Part shown: piece by piece, positions 11,421 to 21,589 of the stretch | Position numbering within the stretch: position 1 is the stretch's first letter | How the letters are laid out: each line of letters starts with the position of its first letter | NCBI GenBank assembly: GCA_039024555.1 | Contig: JBCCQQ010000020.1 | Coordinates: forward strand, 23,645-87,644 | Length of the DNA: 64,000 nt | Direction: 5' to 3' | Source: Cyanobacteria bacterium P01_D01_bin.156 | GTDB taxonomy: Bacteria; Cyanobacteriota; Cyanobacteriia; Phormidesmidales; Phormidesmidaceae | The notes under the pieces: model-generated | What the model saw: the letters and a program-made list of their open reading frames with translations, nothing else | Databases searched by the model: none | What the model was told of the DNA's origin: nothing | Position numbers and translations under genes: made by a program

Positions 11421-11490
11421 AGAACAATAAAAGCTAGAGAATTATTGGATATATCTTTTGTAAGGTCTAGAAGCTGAACATCAATATGCT

Positions 11491-13716
11491 CTAGACACGA
11501 TGATTAGCGTTAACTGCATGGCTATTATTAAAACTGCTAGGTGCATCGGCAAGCTGTGATGCCGTCACAGGAACATATGCCTGATTCTGGGAGAAATAGT
11601 GATCGGTCTTGCCCTTCACATTAATGCCATTAGCAACCAGACCTAGCACTTGTTGACGAGCCTGCGTCAGCATAGCTTTAGTTGTCCGAATACTCTCTGC
11701 ATCAGCCATTCCAGGTCTCATCACAAGCAAAATACCATCCGTTGCATGTCCTATGGTTAGGCTATCAGATAGCCCAATGATCGGCGGTGTATCAATGATC
11801 ACATAGTTGTAAGTCTGCTCACAGGCCTGTATCAGGGAAGTCATGTACTCAGACCCTAAAATTGCCAATGGATCAAGTGGAATAACCCCAGCAGGCAAGA
11901 TGTGGAAGTTGGGTTCCTTTACAACAATCACGTCCTGCAGGGAAAGCTCTCCAGTAGCAAAATTACTCAACCCTCTCATATTGGCAAGATCCCATACTTG
12001 GTGCTGCATGGGGCGGCGCAAATCAGCATCAACCAATAGTACCGAATGCCCCAAGTCCGCTAAAGTAACCGCTAAGTTAGCAGCAACCTCCGATTTTCCT
12101 TCCCCAGCGACTGCACTCGTTACTGTGATGGTCTGTACAGGTTTCTCTACATATGAAAACTTGAGATTAGCCTGTAAAGACTGATATGCCTGGCGAACAG
12201 TGTGAGGTTGAGTATCGTCTCGGACAACAATTTCAGGAATTTTCTTATCCTTCACACCAAAATGTTTACAAGCTGGAATAACCCCTAGTAGAGGATACTC
12301 GTAAAGCTCTTGCCCCTCTTTCACTGTTTTAACAGAGCTATCCATGATGTCCGCTAAGAACGCTGCGATCACCCCTAACAAGACACCACCAAAGCAACCA
12401 GCCATTAGGAACAGCTTTAAGGATGGTCCAATAGATTCCTTAGGCAAAATTGCTGGTGAAATAACCCGGGCATTACCTGTATTTTGATTTTCTAGAACTT
12501 GGGCCTGTTGCAAGTTCTGTAGCAATGCTTCGTAGGTAGTTTGGGCTACTGCCAAACGTCGTTCCAATTCACGCTGCTGTCTTTCAAAGACAGGAATCAA
12601 CCTAGCCCGACTTTGTTGCTGAGAGATGGCAGTCGCCAGTTGTTCAACCTGCTGTTGAAAACCAGATTGTTCACTCTCAAGCCGAATAAAGTCTGCAATT
12701 AGCTCTTGCTCTAGCTGACCTGCCTGCAAATCATCTACAGGGAGAGTCAGCTGATTGGCGCCTAAAGTGATCCCAATACGTTCTTGGAGTAATGACTGTA
12801 ATGCGGCTTCTTGGTCACGGATGCTAACTACCTCAGGATGCTCCTCTCGATACCGCGTGCGTGCCACTGCCAAATTAGCTTGGACGGTTTGCAGCTGCTC
12901 TAAAGCATCCTGAACACCAGGGGATTCATTAATCAGACCAACGGTGTAAGCTTCTTGAGGATTTAGATTTAACTTTTGTTGGATTTGAGATACCTGGGCA
13001 GTGCGATCAGCAAATTGCGATTGCAACTGTATTAGGTTATTTTCCAGTGAAAAGAGGGAGTCTACGAGGTTAGTAGACTCCTCCTCAAGATTGACAATAC
13101 CGTTGGTTTCTTTAAATCGGCGTAGAGCAGATTCTGCATCCCCTACAGCAGACTCTGACTCGGGTAACTGGGCACTAAGAAATTCCTGTGCAGCAACAGC
13201 GGCAGCTCGATTGGCCTGAATATCATTTTGAATATAAATCTCCGTGATCGAATTAACAACGGTTTTAGCTAATTCCGGATCGGGAGCGGCATAGGTGACT
13301 CGAAGTACGTCGGTTCCTGGGATACCCGTCACAGTTAGCTGTTTGAGGAGATCTTCAGGGGTTAATGGCTCACCGTCATCATCTGTCAAACCCAGCTTTT
13401 CAATGACCTCTTGGGCAATGGGTACTGAACGAAAAACCTCGATCTGGGTATCCAGAGGGTTATCGATATTGGTCAGGGCTCTAAGTTCACGGCTAGCACC
13501 CTCTAAACCAACTAGAGAAGATGTTTGGTTGGACAATTCAAATAAGAGCTTTGCCTCAGCCTGATACTCTTCCTCCTGAGTAATGCCAACACCCACAGCA
13601 GCAGACGTCGCTAGGCCAAATACGGTGAAGAGAATCAGCCAACGACGCTTGAGAACCTGCAAATACTTGTGTATATCTATCTCAATTTCTGGAATAGAGT
13701 TATCTTTAGATGCCAT
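11491..13716 (-). CDS. wzc: Polysaccharide co-polymerase / BY-kinase
   Basis: Two TM segments flanking a coiled-coil periplasmic domain; Walker A GEGKS, LLVDADLRRP, IIDTPP. Confidence 0.9.
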   Translation of the reverse strand: MASKDNSIPEIEIDIHKYLQVLKRRWLILFTVFGLATSAAVGVGITQEEEYQAEAKLLFELSNQTSSLVGLEGASRELRALTNIDNPLDTQIEVFRSVPIAQEVIEKLGLTDDDGEPLTPEDLLKQLTVTGIPGTDVLRVTYAAPDPELAKTVVNSITEIYIQNDIQANRAAAVAAQEFLSAQLPESESAVGDAESALRRFKETNGIVNLEEESTNLVDSLFSLENNLIQLQSQFADRTAQVSQIQQKLNLNPQEAYTVGLINESPGVQDALEQLQTVQANLAVARTRYREEHPEVVSIRDQEAALQSLLQERIGITLGANQLTLPVDDLQAGQLEQELIADFIRLESEQSGFQQQVEQLATAISQQQSRARLIPVFERQQRELERRLAVAQTTYEALLQNLQQAQVLENQNTGNARVISPAILPKESIGPSLKLFLMAGCFGGVLLGVIAAFLADIMDSSVKTVKEGQELYEYPLLGVIPACKHFGVKDKKIPEIVVRDDTQPHTVRQAYQSLQANLKFSYVEKPVQTITVTSAVAGEGKSEVAANLAVTLADLGHSVLLVDADLRRPMQHQVWDLANMRGLSNFATGELSLQDVIVVKEPNFHILPAGVIPLDPLAILGSEYMTSLIQACEQTYNYVIIDTPPIIGLSDSLTIGHATDGILLVMRPGMADAESIRTTKAMLTQARQQVLGLVANGINVKGKTDHYFSQNQAYVPVTASQLADAPSSFNNSHAVNANHRV

Positions 13717-14626
13717 TGAACCTCATTGGGGAAAGGAACGAACTACGACGAGAAAATAGCTTTATTGAATTAGCAGTCAGAAGCGATGTCTGAACCTGAA
13801 TTCACATGTATAAATTTCAATAATTGGTTCTGCTGCTTACTTAGGTAAAAATTCAGGACCTGTTAAAACCACCTAAACCAGTACAAACACTTACAATTCA
13901 CACTTTAGAAAATACAAATTCCCTCAAGTACCATCTACAAAGTTGTACCTATCATTTCAAGTAAATCAGCAACTAACCGTGATCATTTAGGGAGGACATG
14001 AGAACTTTATGGCACCTGCTGATTTTCTAAAAAGCCTATAAAGGTAAGTTGATATCACAGCAATTCCTTCAAACCCATCTATCCAAATCCCGAGTTAATC
14101 GCAGCTCACTGTAACCAGTAGACGACTTCGTAGCAGAGCAATGTTTCTAGGGCCCGCAAAAAATTTATAGGGATGACCAAATTAGTAAAGTTTCTACCAA
14201 GAAGTCTTTTTATTGCACGAAAATAATAATCTGCCAGCTATTAAATTTGAGTTCAATGCAATACCAGTCAAGACTTCAGAACACTAAGGTCTGGAAATTT
14301 ACCGAGGGATACGTTGAACAATTTGAAGTCTGGATATTGCTACAGGCTGTTGGTATAAACTTATTAAAGGTAACGGCTAACCTAGCTCTCTTCTGCACAA
14401 CCCTGTAGAGGGTTTAGGTTAAAAATGTCGCAACATCGTGAAGAACGTTATTTATAGATATCCTTTCTCCTCGCTAGAACCTCTAAGATCCGTCCTTAAC
14501 TTTCCCTGTTTACAAGGTATTCTCACGTCAGTGATAGTATTTTGCACTGGCTCAACTAATACCAGTGTTTGCGCAATTTTACTGGTATTTTATCGGGCTC
14601 GTCGTAAGGCGATTTAGCGGACGAAC

Positions 14627-16435
14627 TCAGCCCAATAGTTCTCCTGTTTCTTGCAGTTTGTGTAGTCGCTGATAAAGACCATTCTGATTTAGTAGCTCAT
14701 GATGGTTACCCATCTCGCTAATACATCCTTGATCTAGAACAACAATTTGATCAGCTTCACGAACAGTACTTAAACGATGAGCAATAATAATCAATGTACG
14801 GGTGCCAAGCAGCGATCGCATCGCTACCTGAATAGCACGTTCTGATTCGTAGTCCAAGCTAGATGTAGCTTCATCAAATACCAGCACATCAGGGTCCATA
14901 ATTAGAGCCCGAGCAATGCCAATTCGCTGTCGTTGGCCACCGGACAAACGAACACCTCGTTCGCCTACAGTTGTCAAATAACCGTCAGGCATCTGGTCAA
15001 TAAAGCTGTGGGCCTGGGCAATCTTACAAGCTGCTTGAACCTGATTCACCGTGGCATTGGGATTACCGTACAGCAAATTTTCCATCAACGTACCGTTAAA
15101 GATGTCCACCTCTTGATGAACAATCGCTAAGCGCCGCCGATACCCGGTAACATCCAAACGGCGTAAATCATGACCATCAATCAAAATGGCACCGCTATCA
15201 GGTTCAAAATACCGAAATAGTAGTTTAACCAGGGTAGATTTTCCCGAACCAGACCGTCCTACAAGCGCCACTGTTTGACGAGGTTGAATCAGTAATTCAA
15301 TATTCTTTAAAACAGGCTGATTCGGCACATAGCTAAAGGTGAGCTGATGGAAATGAACTTTGCCCGTAAACCGATATTCAGGAGTGTCATTTGTTAACTG
15401 CCTTACATCGGTTCCGGCAGGGAGTGCAACAAACTCCTGAAAACGAGCCATAGCCCCATAACGACGGGCAAACATCTCTGCCAGGGTACAGATGGGATCC
15501 ACTTCAGCGTAGGCCATACTTGACAGGGTAAGAATAGTGACGAAATGCCCTAAGGAGATGCTGCCTTGCACTGTTGCCCAAAGCGTCAGTGCAAGCACAG
15601 CAAAGGTACAAGTTTGAACTACCGTACGTTGCCAGGTACCCAACTTGATATACCCTAAATGAATTCGGTAATCCACCACCTTAAACTCTCGATCTAAACG
15701 CTGTTGCTGGCGTTTTAATTCACGATTTTCTGTTGCAAATGCTTTAACCGTTTTAATATTGGTAATAATCTCTGAAGTACGGCTTTCTGTATTCTCCATA
15801 TATTGATCTAGCTTCTCTTCTTGCTGCGACAATCCTTTAAGACGCAACAAACTATAGCCAATCACTAATACAAATGAGACTATTACAATGAGGGCAATGG
15901 GCCAATCAAGACAGGCAATCACCACAAACACACCTAAGACTCGAAAAATCTTTGGAATGAATTGACCAACAATTTCTGGATAGGTCCAAGTGTAGTTTGC
16001 AAGACCTTTAGAAACCCGTGCAGCAATTCGACCTGGGTTATTTTCGTCATAGAATTCTAGGGGAAGAGTTAGGATTTTCTCTAAAGAACGACGAGCCTGG
16101 TCGCGTCGAGCACGTAAGGCCGTGTCCCAGTTAAACCAGGACCCAATCCAAGGTTGAATAGGAGCACGCCCAACCGAAATCAAGCCAACTAGTCCCAACA
16201 ACACAAGCAATGAAAAATTTGAGGTAACAGGCTGTTGAAGCAACCTAGCAAAAACCAAAATGAGATTCTCTATAGGATAGTCAAGAGGCTGTTTTGAAAG
16301 AATATTGAGCAATTGACCAATGGCATAGGGCACAAAAAGATCCAGTATTTCAAATACGCCCATAGCTACGGCATTGAGCACGGTAATCAGCCAATATTTT
16401 TTGTAGTATTGAAGAATACGTAAAAATTTACCCAC
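14627..16435 (-). CDS. ABC exporter, fused permease/ATP-binding protein
   Basis: N-terminal TMD; GRSGSGKST, LSGGQRQR, VFDEATS; GTG at 16435 after AGGGG chosen as start (ORF track begins at 16462). Confidence 0.9.
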   Translation of the reverse strand: MGKFLRILQYYKKYWLITVLNAVAMGVFEILDLFVPYAIGQLLNILSKQPLDYPIENLILVFARLLQQPVTSNFSLLVLLGLVGLISVGRAPIQPWIGSWFNWDTALRARRDQARRSLEKILTLPLEFYDENNPGRIAARVSKGLANYTWTYPEIVGQFIPKIFRVLGVFVVIACLDWPIALIVIVSFVLVIGYSLLRLKGLSQQEEKLDQYMENTESRTSEIITNIKTVKAFATENRELKRQQQRLDREFKVVDYRIHLGYIKLGTWQRTVVQTCTFAVLALTLWATVQGSISLGHFVTILTLSSMAYAEVDPICTLAEMFARRYGAMARFQEFVALPAGTDVRQLTNDTPEYRFTGKVHFHQLTFSYVPNQPVLKNIELLIQPRQTVALVGRSGSGKSTLVKLLFRYFEPDSGAILIDGHDLRRLDVTGYRRRLAIVHQEVDIFNGTLMENLLYGNPNATVNQVQAACKIAQAHSFIDQMPDGYLTTVGERGVRLSGGQRQRIGIARALIMDPDVLVFDEATSSLDYESERAIQVAMRSLLGTRTLIIIAHRLSTVREADQIVVLDQGCISEMGNHHELLNQNGLYQRLHKLQETGELLG

Positions 16436-16644
16436 GAGACACCCCCTGATATCGTCTATCACATGACACTTTGAATAACAAAAGTCGATAGTAAAACCCT
16501 ACAAACCAGAAGCTGATGGCATCTCTAGCGCACCTGATTCATCTAGGTGAACACTGAAATTACAGCTATGAGAATTACCGTCGAACTCCTAAAGAAATCA
16601 ATCTCGATAGGCAAAGCAAGTCCCACTGAGCCGATATTGCTATG

Positions 16645-17355
16645 CTAGCGTTTCACTGGCAGAACGGTGTAATGTTCGCTGAGACGTTTAAGGGCCTGGT
16701 TTTGGTCGGTTTGAATGGCAATTTGCAGATCGGACAGCTCCTGAAGCTGTGCCTTCAGCATCCTTGTCCTGTTTTGAGCTACATAGCGTTTGTGCAGGGC
16801 GGCTCTCGCCAGGTCCTCTCGATTACGGCTAAGCGCTATTTCAGCAACCTTTTTCCACTGCGCGCTATCGTGTTGAAGCTGGTCGTATTCAGGCAGTAGG
16901 GTATTGTTTGCGATCGCAATATTATTCAATGCGTTAGTAAATAACTCCACAATCCCCTGAGGGGTTTCCTCCATGGCCGCTTGCTGAGTTATCCACCTGG
17001 GTACATGAATTTGCTCTAGCCGTAGACCGAACCCCTTCAACTGAGGGCTTACACTGACCCCAATAGTGCACCAGTTGGCAAAGTGCTCACAGTTATTGAA
17101 AAAGAGGTTATAGCGCTGCTCACCTAAACGACTTTCAGCCCGACGGATAACGACATCTGGAATAAATCTAACCGACTGTGAAACCTGATACACCAGGTGC
17201 CCACGAGCAAAAGATTCACGGTTAGTGCGAGAAATTGTTGCCGTGCCCACCTTCCGGTAATGGATGACTGTACCATCACCACAGTCAATACCATGATGCT
17301 GATAAGGCACCCCCACCATATCCCGTATCACGTACACTTGCTCGCCTCTGGCCAT
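16645..17355 (-). CDS. LRAT/NC-domain (permuted NlpC/P60) protein with PspA/IM30-like C-terminal helix
   Basis: HHGI..IHY..YNLFFNNCEHF catalytic motifs; C-terminal WKKVAEIALSRNREDLARAAL resembles the PspA/Vipp1 W...A..AL..G.EDLAR.AL signature. Confidence 0.8.
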   Translation of the reverse strand: MARGEQVYVIRDMVGVPYQHHGIDCGDGTVIHYRKVGTATISRTNRESFARGHLVYQVSQSVRFIPDVVIRRAESRLGEQRYNLFFNNCEHFANWCTIGVSVSPQLKGFGLRLEQIHVPRWITQQAAMEETPQGIVELFTNALNNIAIANNTLLPEYDQLQHDSAQWKKVAEIALSRNREDLARAALHKRYVAQNRTRMLKAQLQELSDLQIAIQTDQNQALKRLSEHYTVLPVKR

Positions 17356-17826
17356 CTAAGTCAGCCCATTACCCTGGGAGTTTGACTGCCTGGAATTGGG
17401 TGGCAACTTGTCCCGAATATCTGTTTTGATAACATCTAAGTCCGTCTTATCAGGCTGTCTAGATGGCACAAACTGTTTACGACGGGCGAGTAATTCTTTA
17501 ATAGAATCTGTTGAAGATTTTTCTGGCTGATCGATGGAAATTTGCAAATTCGGCCCAGAGCGTGCCAGACGCACCACCAAACCATCTTCAGCCGTTACGC
17601 TTTGGATACGCTTGCCATCCAAGTAGGTACCGTTCGTCCCCAAACTTTGAATTGCCCAACCAGTCCCCCCCTTATGAATTTCTAAATGATGCCGAGAAAC
17701 AACCGCACTGTAGAGAACAACATCATTATCGGTAGAACGGCCAATGCGAATAATCTCTTGTTCCTCAAAGGTCCAATGCTGTATGGGAGTCTTATGCAGG
17801 GGGTGGAGCAACGATAGGGTAATCAC
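17356..17826 (-). CDS. FHA domain protein
   Basis: IGRSTDND, VSRHH, GTNGTY. Confidence 0.9.
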   Translation of the reverse strand: MITLSLLHPLHKTPIQHWTFEEQEIIRIGRSTDNDVVLYSAVVSRHHLEIHKGGTGWAIQSLGTNGTYLDGKRIQSVTAEDGLVVRLARSGPNLQISIDQPEKSSTDSIKELLARRKQFVPSRQPDKTDLDVIKTDIRDKLPPNSRQSNSQGNGLT

Positions 17827-17905
17827 GTCAATACATCGAAAGGCAATGTGGCAATTTTGTGTGAAAGAGCACTGTAAACCATTTGAGCCATATCTGATTT
17901 AGACT

Positions 17906-18640
17906 TCACACAAGTTGAAAAATAAAGCTCACTTTGTCACCCTTACCAAGGGCAATTCGATCACCAGGGCGTAAACGGTGACGATTACCTACAGCAAGGG
18001 GCAAATTATTTATATACGTACCATTGGAACTACCGATATCCTCAATATAGTAGACATCCCCTTCAATCAACACATTGGCATGGACCCGAGACACAATCTC
18101 TGACTCTGGAAAACCAGAGACATCGATATCTGGGGGAACGCGGTCGTTTGGTTTACCAATATGTAAACAGTCAATACCAACGGGTAAATCTATAAGCGTG
18201 TCAGTCTGCACATGCAACAAACGAGCTGTCAGGCGTTGAATCTGGGTTTGAGCAACGGCAGCTGGCTGTGTTATCACCGGTTGTTCACTGGCACTGTTAG
18301 CCGATGAAGAGGGGACTGGCGGCACCACCTCAGGCGCTGGCTGGGCTGGTAACGGCGGCGGCGGCGCGACAGGTAGCGGATCCGGAGGCACTAATGGATC
18401 AGGCTCCACCAGTTCAGCAACAGGAGCTGGATCTGTTGCTGACGTAGGTGGTGAGGCAGCTGGAGTAACCGTGGGTGGGGGTGTTAAACTATAGCCACAT
18501 TGTCCACAAAAGCTAGCATCTGCCTGCACTTGAGCACCACAGTTAGGGCATGTCACTAATGACGGCAGAGGGGTGTAACAGGCTTCACATTGAGAGGCAC
18601 CCTCTGGGTTTTGATAGTTACAGTTTGGGCAAATAATCAT
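17906..18640 (-). CDS. fraH: Double zinc-ribbon + Pro-rich linker + FHA protein (FraH-like)
   Basis: Four CxxC pairs, Pro-rich linker, VSRVHA and GSSNGTY FHA motifs; same architecture as Anabaena FraH. Confidence 0.7.
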   Translation of the reverse strand: MIICPNCNYQNPEGASQCEACYTPLPSLVTCPNCGAQVQADASFCGQCGYSLTPPPTVTPAASPPTSATDPAPVAELVEPDPLVPPDPLPVAPPPPLPAQPAPEVVPPVPSSSANSASEQPVITQPAAVAQTQIQRLTARLLHVQTDTLIDLPVGIDCLHIGKPNDRVPPDIDVSGFPESEIVSRVHANVLIEGDVYYIEDIGSSNGTYINNLPLAVGNRHRLRPGDRIALGKGDKVSFIFQLV

Positions 18641-18839
18641 TAGCGCTTTGATTCACACTAGCCATGTATAAACTACACGGTTTCGGCAAGCTTCTGGCTA
18701 TAGCTTGAGAGAAGTATAGGCAATCTTCGACTTTGTTCAGTATTTATACGGCAACAGATGGAACTGACTACACAGGGAAAGACTCCGTAGAGGGGAATCC
18801 CCTCGTTATCTCACCGCTCTCATGAACTCACTGACGAGC

Positions 18840-19607
18840 TTAGTGTATAGTGCGTGCGATAGCATCAGGCAAACCCTTGCTAGCACCAGCATCTAGCATC
18901 CATTGCAATACACCCACTGGAGCAATTAACCGTGATGGATACATTGCACTATCCGCTGTTTCGGCAAATATCTGGGACAGGGCCGTTTGTTTGTTAGTAC
19001 CTGCCACCAAAAACATAACGTGACGCGCTTGGTTAATCAGGGGGGCTGTAAATGTAATGCGGGGTTGATTATCTTTTTGCCCGACAGTCACCCAGCGTTC
19101 AGTCTCATTGAGGGCATCGGTATGGGGGAACAAGGATGCAGTATGGCCATCGTCTCCCATCCCTAGCAAAATGAGGTCGAATTGGGGCAGCTGCGACATG
19201 GGCAGGTCAAAGCTGTCCAATAGGACCTGCTGATAGCGGTCGGCACTCTCTTGGGGAGAGGCCGTGTCTGTAGGTACAACAAAAATATTGTCAGCAGGAA
19301 TAGCAACGTGATCGAGCCAAGCCTCTTGGGTCATTTTGGCATTGCTATCACTATGGGTAATAGGGACATAGCGTTCGTCCCCCCAGTAGATGTAAAGTTG
19401 CTGCCAGGGTAAATCAGCCTGGGCTAGGGCTTGATAGAGGGGCTTGGGAGTACTACCACCGGATAGGGCAAGGGTACAACGACCATGGGCTGAGATCGCA
19501 CCGCGAATCAGGTCTATGACCTGTTCAGTCGCGGCATTAACCAAAGCAGCTTTATCAGGAAACACATGCACCTGGGGGATATTTATAGGGGGTGGGGCGA
19601 CGGTCAT
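18840..19607 (-). CDS. pgl: 6-phosphogluconolactonase
   Basis: LSGGSTP, WGDERYVP, LLGMGDDGHTASLFP. Confidence 0.95.
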   Translation of the reverse strand: MTVAPPPINIPQVHVFPDKAALVNAATEQVIDLIRGAISAHGRCTLALSGGSTPKPLYQALAQADLPWQQLYIYWGDERYVPITHSDSNAKMTQEAWLDHVAIPADNIFVVPTDTASPQESADRYQQVLLDSFDLPMSQLPQFDLILLGMGDDGHTASLFPHTDALNETERWVTVGQKDNQPRITFTAPLINQARHVMFLVAGTNKQTALSQIFAETADSAMYPSRLIAPVGVLQWMLDAGASKGLPDAIARTIH

Positions 19608-19721
19608 AGGTCAGAAATCACCATAATTAAGAGGAGCAGACGGTTTTGATAGCCGCCTAACCTGAACGCTAACGCAACTTCTAAAAACTGCTCTTAGTCT
19701 TAATAGACTTTGTATTTTTCC

Positions 19722-19812
19722 GGCGTTGCTGATCCTCGCGATAGTTTTATCTGCCAAATCCAGAACTCTGGCCGGGTGTACAGATCGTTTCATCCTCTAA
19801 ATCAGCAACGGC
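19722..19812. repeat. 91-bp MITE-like dispersed repeat, copy 1
   Basis: Ends GGCGTTGCTGA...TCAGCAACGGC (imperfect 11-bp inverted repeats); 75/91 identical by hand alignment to the copy at 58534. Confidence 0.8.
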
Positions 19813-19957
19813 ATTTTTCCAGTTAGCAAGGTTCACTGTAATGAACATCATCATCATCCATCGCTTACAGAACTCCTCATCAGCAATCACACCTCAATAG
19901 GACCACAGCCCAAAACTACCCATAAGATATGGGTGAACACATTGGGAAAGCACAGGT

Positions 19958-20698
19958 GTGGGCATGATTTCGATTGTTTTACCTTGCCTAAACGAAGTCA
20001 GGCATGGCTATTTGCCTAATATTTTGGATAACCTTGCCCTGCAACCTGGGGACAAGCAAATCATTATCGTCCTTAGTCCGGGCACAGACGGCACCTATGA
20101 GTTGATTAACCAGCATCCTGCCACTACGGATTTTAAGGTCATTGAAAGTCAGGCTGCTAATCGGGCTCAGCGCCTCACCATCGGCATTCAAGCTAGCGTA
20201 GGAGAGGTTGTTTTACTGCATCACCCGGCCACACTGTTGCCCCCCAACGCTCTGAAACAGATTAGCGAACTAATGGCGCAAGAAACGTTTACCTGGGGAG
20301 GCTTTTGCCATAGTTTTGACTTTGATCACTGGCTACTACGGTTTACTTCCTGGTATTCCACTACCCAGCGCCCTCGGCTAAGCCAAATTCTCTATTTAGA
20401 CCACTGCATTTTTGCGCGTCGACAGATCCTGATGGAGATAGGAGGTGTCCCCGACATGGACATTTTTGAAGATACGGCCCTGAGTAATGCGCTGAAAAAG
20501 TATGGTCCACCCCATCTGGTGCCGGGGACTATCGTCACCTCCGCACGTCGTTTTAGGGAACGGGGAATTTACAAACATGCCGTTCTCAATCAATTGCTCA
20601 AGCTGCTCTACCATGCCCGAATAGATCCTAAAAAGATGAATTGGCTCTACGAAGGTAAGAGCCAAATTAACGTAAGCTACGACAAACACAAATTTTGA
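19958..20698 (+). CDS. GT2-like protein, TIGR04283 (rSAM/arsenosugar-associated transferase 2)-like, with atypical motifs
   Basis: ISIVLPCLNE, YLDHCIF, IGGVPDMDIFED, VTSARRF resemble the TIGR04283 family. Confidence 0.7.
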   Translation: MGMISIVLPCLNEVRHGYLPNILDNLALQPGDKQIIIVLSPGTDGTYELINQHPATTDFKVIESQAANRAQRLTIGIQASVGEVVLLHHPATLLPPNALKQISELMAQETFTWGGFCHSFDFDHWLLRFTSWYSTTQRPRLSQILYLDHCIFARRQILMEIGGVPDMDIFEDTALSNALKKYGPPHLVPGTIVTSARRFRERGIYKHAVLNQLLKLLYHARIDPKKMNWLYEGKSQINVSYDKHKF

Positions 20699-20716
20699 GT
20701 GCTTAGCGCTACCTAA

Positions 20717-21589
20717 ATGTCCCGTACCTATAAAGCCACTGGCATTAACTTAAAAGCCGCTCCCATGGGGGAAAACGATCGGCTGATGACGATTCTCACT
20801 AGAGAGTATGGTTTGCTGCGTGCGATCGCACCGGGGGCAAGGAAACATAAGTCTCGCTTGGGGGGGCGCAGCGGCCTGTTTGTGGTGAATGAGCTGATGC
20901 TATCCAAGGGCAAATCTCTAGACAAGATGATTCAGGCCCAAACTCAGCAATCTTTTCCGGGTCTGAGCAAAGATCTAGGACGGCTAACTGCAGGCCAATA
21001 TTTAGCGGAGCTAGTTCTATGTGAAGCCAGCGAACAACCCCAGGAAGCCCTATTTGAGCTATTGGTGGCTCATCTAGAACGATTGGAAACCGCTTCACCA
21101 GGGGCAGTCCTGGCCTGCTTGGCCCAGGGCACATTTCATCTTTTGGCGCTCGCAGGTGTGGCTCCGGAGCTGCGCTACTGCTGCTTAAGTCGTACCGCCA
21201 TTCGCCCCCAGCTCAGCCGGGATGAACATCCTTGGAAAGTAGGGTTCAGCATTCCAGCTGGAGGCGTGATTACCCTAGAGCAGTTAGAACGCCTCGAAAA
21301 TAATGCTGCCCCCTTGAACACCGGACGTAGTAAACCAATGTATGGTGCGCTAACCACCACTATTGGAGCTGCAGAATTAGCTCTGTTACAACAATTAGCG
21401 CAGCCAGAGCTTGTGCTCACCCAAGATCATTCTTTACCATCTATAGAGGGAGTTAGCGCAGCCCCACACAGTTTGTGGCGACGTGTGGAACGTCTTTTAC
21501 GAAATTACGCCCAGTTCCACTTTGATCGGCCTATCCGGTCCGCTGCGCTAATTGACAGCTGCTTTGCTTCATCTGCTTATGCTTCGTGA
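20717..21589 (+). CDS. recO: DNA repair protein RecO
   Basis: MSRTYKATGINLK..GENDRLMTILT..APGARK, typical of cyanobacterial RecO. Confidence 0.95.
   Translation: MSRTYKATGINLKAAPMGENDRLMTILTREYGLLRAIAPGARKHKSRLGGRSGLFVVNELMLSKGKSLDKMIQAQTQQSFPGLSKDLGRLTAGQYLAELVLCEASEQPQEALFELLVAHLERLETASPGAVLACLAQGTFHLLALAGVAPELRYCCLSRTAIRPQLSRDEHPWKVGFSIPAGGVITLEQLERLENNAAPLNTGRSKPMYGALTTTIGAAELALLQQLAQPELVLTQDHSLPSIEGVSAAPHSLWRRVERLLRNYAQFHFDRPIRSAALIDSCFASSAYAS

Noticed and set aside
13717..14626. RNA gene or ORF in the 0.9-kb region upstream of wzc
   Set aside because: AT-rich, with no convincing ORF, structure or recognisable operator; treated as a promoter region
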